Part shown: piece after piece, positions 59,947 to 64,000 of the stretch
Layout of the letters: each line of letters opens with the position of its first letter
How positions within the stretch are numbered: the first letter of the stretch is position 1
Notes under the pieces: generated by a model
Seen by the model: only the letters and a program-made list of their open reading frames with translations
Databases searched by the model: none
Told to the model about the DNA's origin: nothing
Position numbers and translations under genes: made by a program
NCBI GenBank assembly: GCA_021792955.1
Contig: JAJYTP010000003.1
Coordinates: forward strand, 18,037-82,036
DNA length: 64,000 bases
Reading direction: 5' to 3'
Source of the DNA: an archaeon
GTDB taxonomy: Archaea > Thermoproteota > Nitrososphaeria > Conexivisphaerales > UBA164

Positions 59947-60275
59947 GCGATCCACGCGTTAGGCCCGTCGGGCCATATCCGATAAGCCAGGGCGGATGGC
60001 ATGAAGGTGGTTCAAGCAAGGCATACGTAACCAATGACTGGAGGCTGGAGAAGCCCGTAGTTGACCTTGAAAAGTGCGTCGGTTGTCTGTACTGCTGGGT
60101 ATACTGCCCGGAACCGGCTATAGATCTGCTTGACAGGGCGGGGAAAGGTCCCAGCAAGGTGAGAATAGATTACGATCATTGTAAGGGGTGTGGAATTTGC
60201 CAACAGGTCTGCCCGCCGAAGGCAATAAAAATGGTCCCCGAAGAGGAGGAGGTAGCTAACAATGGCTCAATTTGA
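59943..60275 (+). CDS. porD: Pyruvate/2-ketoacid:ferredoxin oxidoreductase delta subunit
   Basis: WRLEKP, CVGCLYCWVYCPE and DYDHCKGCGICQQVCP. Start probably TTG 59943. Confidence 0.93.
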   Translation: MSDPRVRPVGPYPISQGGWHEGGSSKAYVTNDWRLEKPVVDLEKCVGCLYCWVYCPEPAIDLLDRAGKGPSKVRIDYDHCKGCGICQQVCPPKAIKMVPEEEEVANNGSI

Positions 60276-61440
60276 ATCGGTGCAGACTAGGAAGTCGCTC
60301 CTAACTGGCGACGAAGCTGTGGCTCATGCTGTGAGGCAGTCCAACGTTGATCTGGTAGCGGCATACCCAATCACGCCTCAGACCATTATTGTAGAAAGGA
60401 TAGCTGATTTCGCTGCAAGCGGGGCCTTCACCGGCCAATTCGTTCCGGTTGAGTCGGAGCATAGCGCTATGAGCGCATGTATAGGCGGAGCGCTAGCCGG
60501 CGCAAGGGCCTTTACAGCCACAGCCAGCCAAGGGCTCGCCCTGATGCACGAAATGCTCTATGCTGCAAGCGGCCTTAGGCTGCCGATATCTATGGCCATT
60601 GCGAACAGGGCGCTCAATTCCCCCCTTAACATACACAACGATCATACGGACGTTATGGGTTCTATTGATAGTGGATGGATACAGCTTTTTGCTGAAAACG
60701 CTGAAGAGGCCTACGATCGCGTGATCCAGTCCTTCCGCATAGCAGAGGCGGTCAACCTCCCCGTAGCGGTAAATCTGGACGGATTCACTTTGACTCATTC
60801 AACCGAGCCGGTTGAAATGCTCAGTGATGAGGCTGTGAGAGGCTTTGTAGGGAGGCCGCCAAAAAGGGATTCGCTTATGGATGAGGCTCCAAAGAGCTTT
60901 GGGCTAATGTCATTGCCGGATTCCTACCAGTTCTTCAAGGAGGATCAATCTAGGGCTACCACAGGATCAGGCGTTACCATTTCACAGGTGGAAGGCGAAT
61001 ACGTTAAACTATCCGGGAGGGACCATGGGGCATTGAAGATCTTTGGATCCGGCTCAAAGGTTATGATGGTGATGCTGGGCAGCTATGCCGGCACTGCAAG
61101 GACGACGGCAAGGCAGATGAAAAATGGTGGGGAGCAGGTAGGTGTAATCAGCCTCGGATGGCTCAGGCCCTTCCCTGAGAGACAATTCCTTGACGCGTTG
61201 GAAGGTGTGGAGACCTTAATGATAATGGACAGATCGGTTAGCTATGGTGCACCGGCTGGGCCCTTGGCCTCTGACGTGATGTCGCTTCTCTACCGGTATG
61301 GGATTAAGAGGAAGGTGATAGCCGTTACCTATGGCCTTGGGGGCAGAGGGTTCCTAGAGGAGGACGCGATGAGGCTCTTCAGATACGCAGAGAAGTCAGG
61401 ACCATCATTTGAGAGCTTTTTCTTCTATGGAGGGGAATAG
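60262..61440 (+). CDS. porA: Pyruvate/2-ketoacid:ferredoxin oxidoreductase alpha subunit
   Basis: AYPITPQT, VESEHSA, TATASQGL and ANRA. Confidence 0.95.
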   Translation: MAQFESVQTRKSLLTGDEAVAHAVRQSNVDLVAAYPITPQTIIVERIADFAASGAFTGQFVPVESEHSAMSACIGGALAGARAFTATASQGLALMHEMLYAASGLRLPISMAIANRALNSPLNIHNDHTDVMGSIDSGWIQLFAENAEEAYDRVIQSFRIAEAVNLPVAVNLDGFTLTHSTEPVEMLSDEAVRGFVGRPPKRDSLMDEAPKSFGLMSLPDSYQFFKEDQSRATTGSGVTISQVEGEYVKLSGRDHGALKIFGSGSKVMMVMLGSYAGTARTTARQMKNGGEQVGVISLGWLRPFPERQFLDALEGVETLMIMDRSVSYGAPAGPLASDVMSLLYRYGIKRKVIAVTYGLGGRGFLEEDAMRLFRYAEKSGPSFESFFFYGGE

Positions 61441-61444
61441 TAAA

Positions 61445-62392
61445 TTGAGCCAGTTCCAACCGGTAAAGAGCATCTTTGAAATAAATAGGGAGGAAAGGAT
61501 GGCCCCTGGTCACAGGGCGTGCGCAGGGTGCGGTCCGATGATAGCTGTGAGGCAGATACTCCAGTCTTTGGATGTGAAACCGGTGGTGATAAGCGCTACG
61601 GGATGCGTCGAAGTCACGACTAGTACTTACCCGGACAGCGCTTGGCTAGTCCCTTGGGCGCACGTAGCATTCGAGAACTCGGCGGCCGTAGCCTCAGGGG
61701 TGGAGGCTGCAATGCATGCCCTAAAGGTGAGGGGGGAGCTGAAAGAGGAAAGGCCGGTGATCGCGCTGGCCGGCGATGGAGGAACCTTTGATATAGGTCT
61801 GCAGGCGCTCTCCGGTGCTCTAGAAAGAGGACATAGGATGTTGTACGTCTGTTATGACAATGAAGCTTATATGAATACGGGGATTCAGAGGAGCAGTGCT
61901 ACTCCCTTTGGGGCATGGACCACTACAAGTCCAGTAGGTAAGGAATGGCCCGGCAAGGCGGAAATAAAAAAGGATATAATGGGCATTGTAGTCGCGCATG
62001 GGACCCCCTACGCGGCCACTGCATCTATATCACATTGGAAGGACCTGATGACCAAGGTCAGGAAGGCCGTCAGCCAGAATGGGCCCACTTTCCTCCATGT
62101 TTACGCCCCTTGTAACAGGGGCTGGAGGTTCGAGCCAAAGGATACGGTCGAGGTGGCAAAGAGGGCTGTTGAAACAAGATTCTTCCCGCTTTACGAGGTG
62201 GAGAACGGGAGGTACAGGATCACGGTGCCGGTCGCGAAGCCAAGGCCGCTTGAGGACTTCCTTTCATTGCAGGGACGGTTCTCTCATCTTCTTAAGCCAG
62301 AAAATTCAGAAACTCTAAAAGAACTGAAGAGCATTGTAGAGGAACGCTGGTCAAAAATAAACGCGGCCGCTTCGGTACAGGCGCAGGTGTGA
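61445..62392 (+). CDS. porB: Pyruvate/2-ketoacid:ferredoxin oxidoreductase beta subunit
   Basis: GHRACAGCG, ATGC, GDGGTFDIG..DNEAYMNTG (TPP motif) and PC..GW. Start probably TTG 61445. Confidence 0.95.
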   Translation: MSQFQPVKSIFEINREERMAPGHRACAGCGPMIAVRQILQSLDVKPVVISATGCVEVTTSTYPDSAWLVPWAHVAFENSAAVASGVEAAMHALKVRGELKEERPVIALAGDGGTFDIGLQALSGALERGHRMLYVCYDNEAYMNTGIQRSSATPFGAWTTTSPVGKEWPGKAEIKKDIMGIVVAHGTPYAATASISHWKDLMTKVRKAVSQNGPTFLHVYAPCNRGWRFEPKDTVEVAKRAVETRFFPLYEVENGRYRITVPVAKPRPLEDFLSLQGRFSHLLKPENSETLKELKSIVEERWSKINAAASVQAQV

Positions 62393-62451
62393 CGGACTTA
62401 TAACGGTGGTAACTGTAACGGCGACGGAGTTACCATCACTTTTTGCTTGGT

Positions 62452-62790
62452 CTAAAAGGATATCACCGTATAACCAGAGTTCACATAAAACGCTATCCTT
62501 TCGCCAGCGTGGCCTAACACTACCCCCTTATTCTTCAACTTTTCTTCAACATTATAACGCTGTGCTTCAGCTATACATGCTGAGTCTATGGCTCCGGCTT
62601 TGAAAAGCGATTCAAAATTCTGAAGATCCTCGTCCTTGAGCTCCCCTATCAGCTCCTCGCTCGGCCCGAAGAAGACGATCTTCAGGTCATCATATCTCTT
62701 CGCTGCAACGGACCTGGCGGCTGCCCTTAAGCCTATACGGAATTTTTCCGGACTTTCCTTTCCGCTCAACAGAAGAAATAGCGCCTTCAT
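62452..62790 (-). CDS. DsrE-family protein
   Basis: 'LKIVFFGPSE', 'AC' active-site-like Cys and C-terminal GYTVISF. Confidence 0.75.
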   Translation of the reverse strand: MKALFLLLSGKESPEKFRIGLRAAARSVAAKRYDDLKIVFFGPSEELIGELKDEDLQNFESLFKAGAIDSACIAEAQRYNVEEKLKNKGVVLGHAGERIAFYVNSGYTVISF

Positions 62791-62993
62791 AAAATTTATT
62801 GAATGGATGAATTAATAAGCGTTATTGTTGCTTTAAGTGAAGGTGACACATCCGCCGGGCTTAATAGTGTAATCACTTTAAATCAAAATAGTGGATTTTT
62901 TGTTCATTAAGAGACCTGTGATAATATAATTAAAAATGTTTAAAGGAAAAATGATTAAAACGTTATATGATTATCGGCAAATTTGCACTTCCA

Positions 62994-63040
62994 TAAGCAT
63001 TATGCTTATATAATGTATATATTAAAAAGCATTATGCTTA
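62994..63040. promoter_or_regulatory. Twin palindromic operator AAGCAT-T-ATGCTT flanking a TATA-like tract and overlapping the ETF start codon
   Basis: Perfect palindrome TAAGCATTATGCTTA at 62994-63008 and a second copy AAGCATTATGCTTA at 63027-63040. Confidence 0.7.
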
Positions 63041-64000
63041 TAATAACCCTCTTGAAAGGCGTTCCTTCAAAAACCACACAGAGCGCATCCCTCACCGGGA
63101 TCCTGAATAGGGAGTCAATGGAAATCGTACTGAACCCTCATGACCTAAAGGCCGTCGAAGCGGCGGATTACATAAAGAGAAGGGTGGGCGGTAAGACAAT
63201 AGCGCTAACTATGGGCCCTGAGGGAAAGCTTTCCCCTATAGTTAGGAGCCTGTATACTGCCGAAGTTTATGGTGTTGATGAGTCGATCATACTCAGCGAC
63301 AGGAAGATGGCTGGCGCAGATACGCTTGCCACCGCATATGCGGTGGCCAATGGGGTCAAGACCGCCGTTGAAAGGCACTTGAACGCTGTAGATGAAATCC
63401 TGAATACAGTTGACAGTGGAAAGGATGCGCTATTGGCCAAGGCCGATGAACTTTACAAGCAGAACCTGCTGCCGAATTCGATCTATTCTAACCTGCCTGC
63501 TGTGAAGGATTCTATCGTGAACAGGCTTGTCAATGGAGAGCTTCAGTCCGATGCTGCAAAGGGGTTGCTGGAGGCTATCAAGCTCGAACTCGGGCGCTTT
63601 ATAGTTGTAGCTGGCATCAAAACAACCGATGGAGAGACAGGCAGCGTCGGGCCACAGGTAGCTGAAGGCCTTTCCGAGCTGTATGGAAGGGTTCTGCCTC
63701 ATGCTACATATGTAGAGCATTTTGAAATTGAAGCTGACCTGGAACACCTTGTTGCGGACAGGGTCCTCGGACAGGTCTCCCAGAGGCTGAGGATGGCCAT
63801 ACCCTGTCTGCTCACCATATCTGATGAATATGAGCCGGCACTGCCGAATCCATTAGAACAGTATCTGGTAAGAAGAAATAACTATATGGGCAAGACCTCT
63901 GCCCCCATCGTGTGGACGGCTAACGATATACATGCCGACCCGTTAAGGTTGGGGCTTGGAGGGTCGCCCACAATAGTGGGCCCCGGTATCGATGTAGGAA
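63034..64000 (+). CDS. Electron transfer flavoprotein beta subunit (FixA-like); runs off the window
   Basis: Not in the ORF track because it is truncated. MLIITLLKGVP.., LNPHDLKAVEAA, TMGP, LSDRKMAGADTLATA, GIKTTDGETGSVG and LGLGGSPT. Confidence 0.92.
   Translation, partial: MLIITLLKGVPSKTTQSASLTGILNRESMEIVLNPHDLKAVEAADYIKRRVGGKTIALTMGPEGKLSPIVRSLYTAEVYGVDESIILSDRKMAGADTLATAYAVANGVKTAVERHLNAVDEILNTVDSGKDALLAKADELYKQNLLPNSIYSNLPAVKDSIVNRLVNGELQSDAAKGLLEAIKLELGRFIVVAGIKTTDGETGSVGPQVAEGLSELYGRVLPHATYVEHFEIEADLEHLVADRVLGQVSQRLRMAIPCLLTISDEYEPALPNPLEQYLVRRNNYMGKTSAPIVWTANDIHADPLRLGLGGSPTIVGPGIDVG

Overview
A 64 kb piece of an archaeal chromosome. Markers are GatD/GatE, ABCE1, Elp3, Spt5, Pth2, DGGGP synthase and an archaeal-type tRNA-Val without encoded CCA. 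A non-Sulfolobales TACK/Nitrososphaerota-like thermoacidophile is my inference, from ScpB, the nuo ABCDHIJKMLN order and thermopsin-type surface repeats. Most genes are housekeeping: an 11-subunit complex I-like operon without NuoEFG, porCDAB, an ETF beta subunit, Moco genes, tpiA, tdk, nfo and truD. The most unusual signal is the gene in the secE position next to spt5, where a SecE/Sec61-gamma domain is fused in frame to a signal peptide, two extracellular thermopsin-type beta-repeats and an extra TM helix. Other candidates are two uncharacterised nucleotidyltransferase modules (TIM barrel + NTase + partner, and NTase + metallophosphoesterase) and an archaeal YdjG/YdjI-like SPFH/zinc-ribbon operon. 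An AT-rich island holds a giant pilin-like adhesin, a GT2 glycosyltransferase and a split, partly inverted duplicate of the por promoter. Two putative operator arrays are also visible. All family assignments come from motif recognition by eye; no searches were run.
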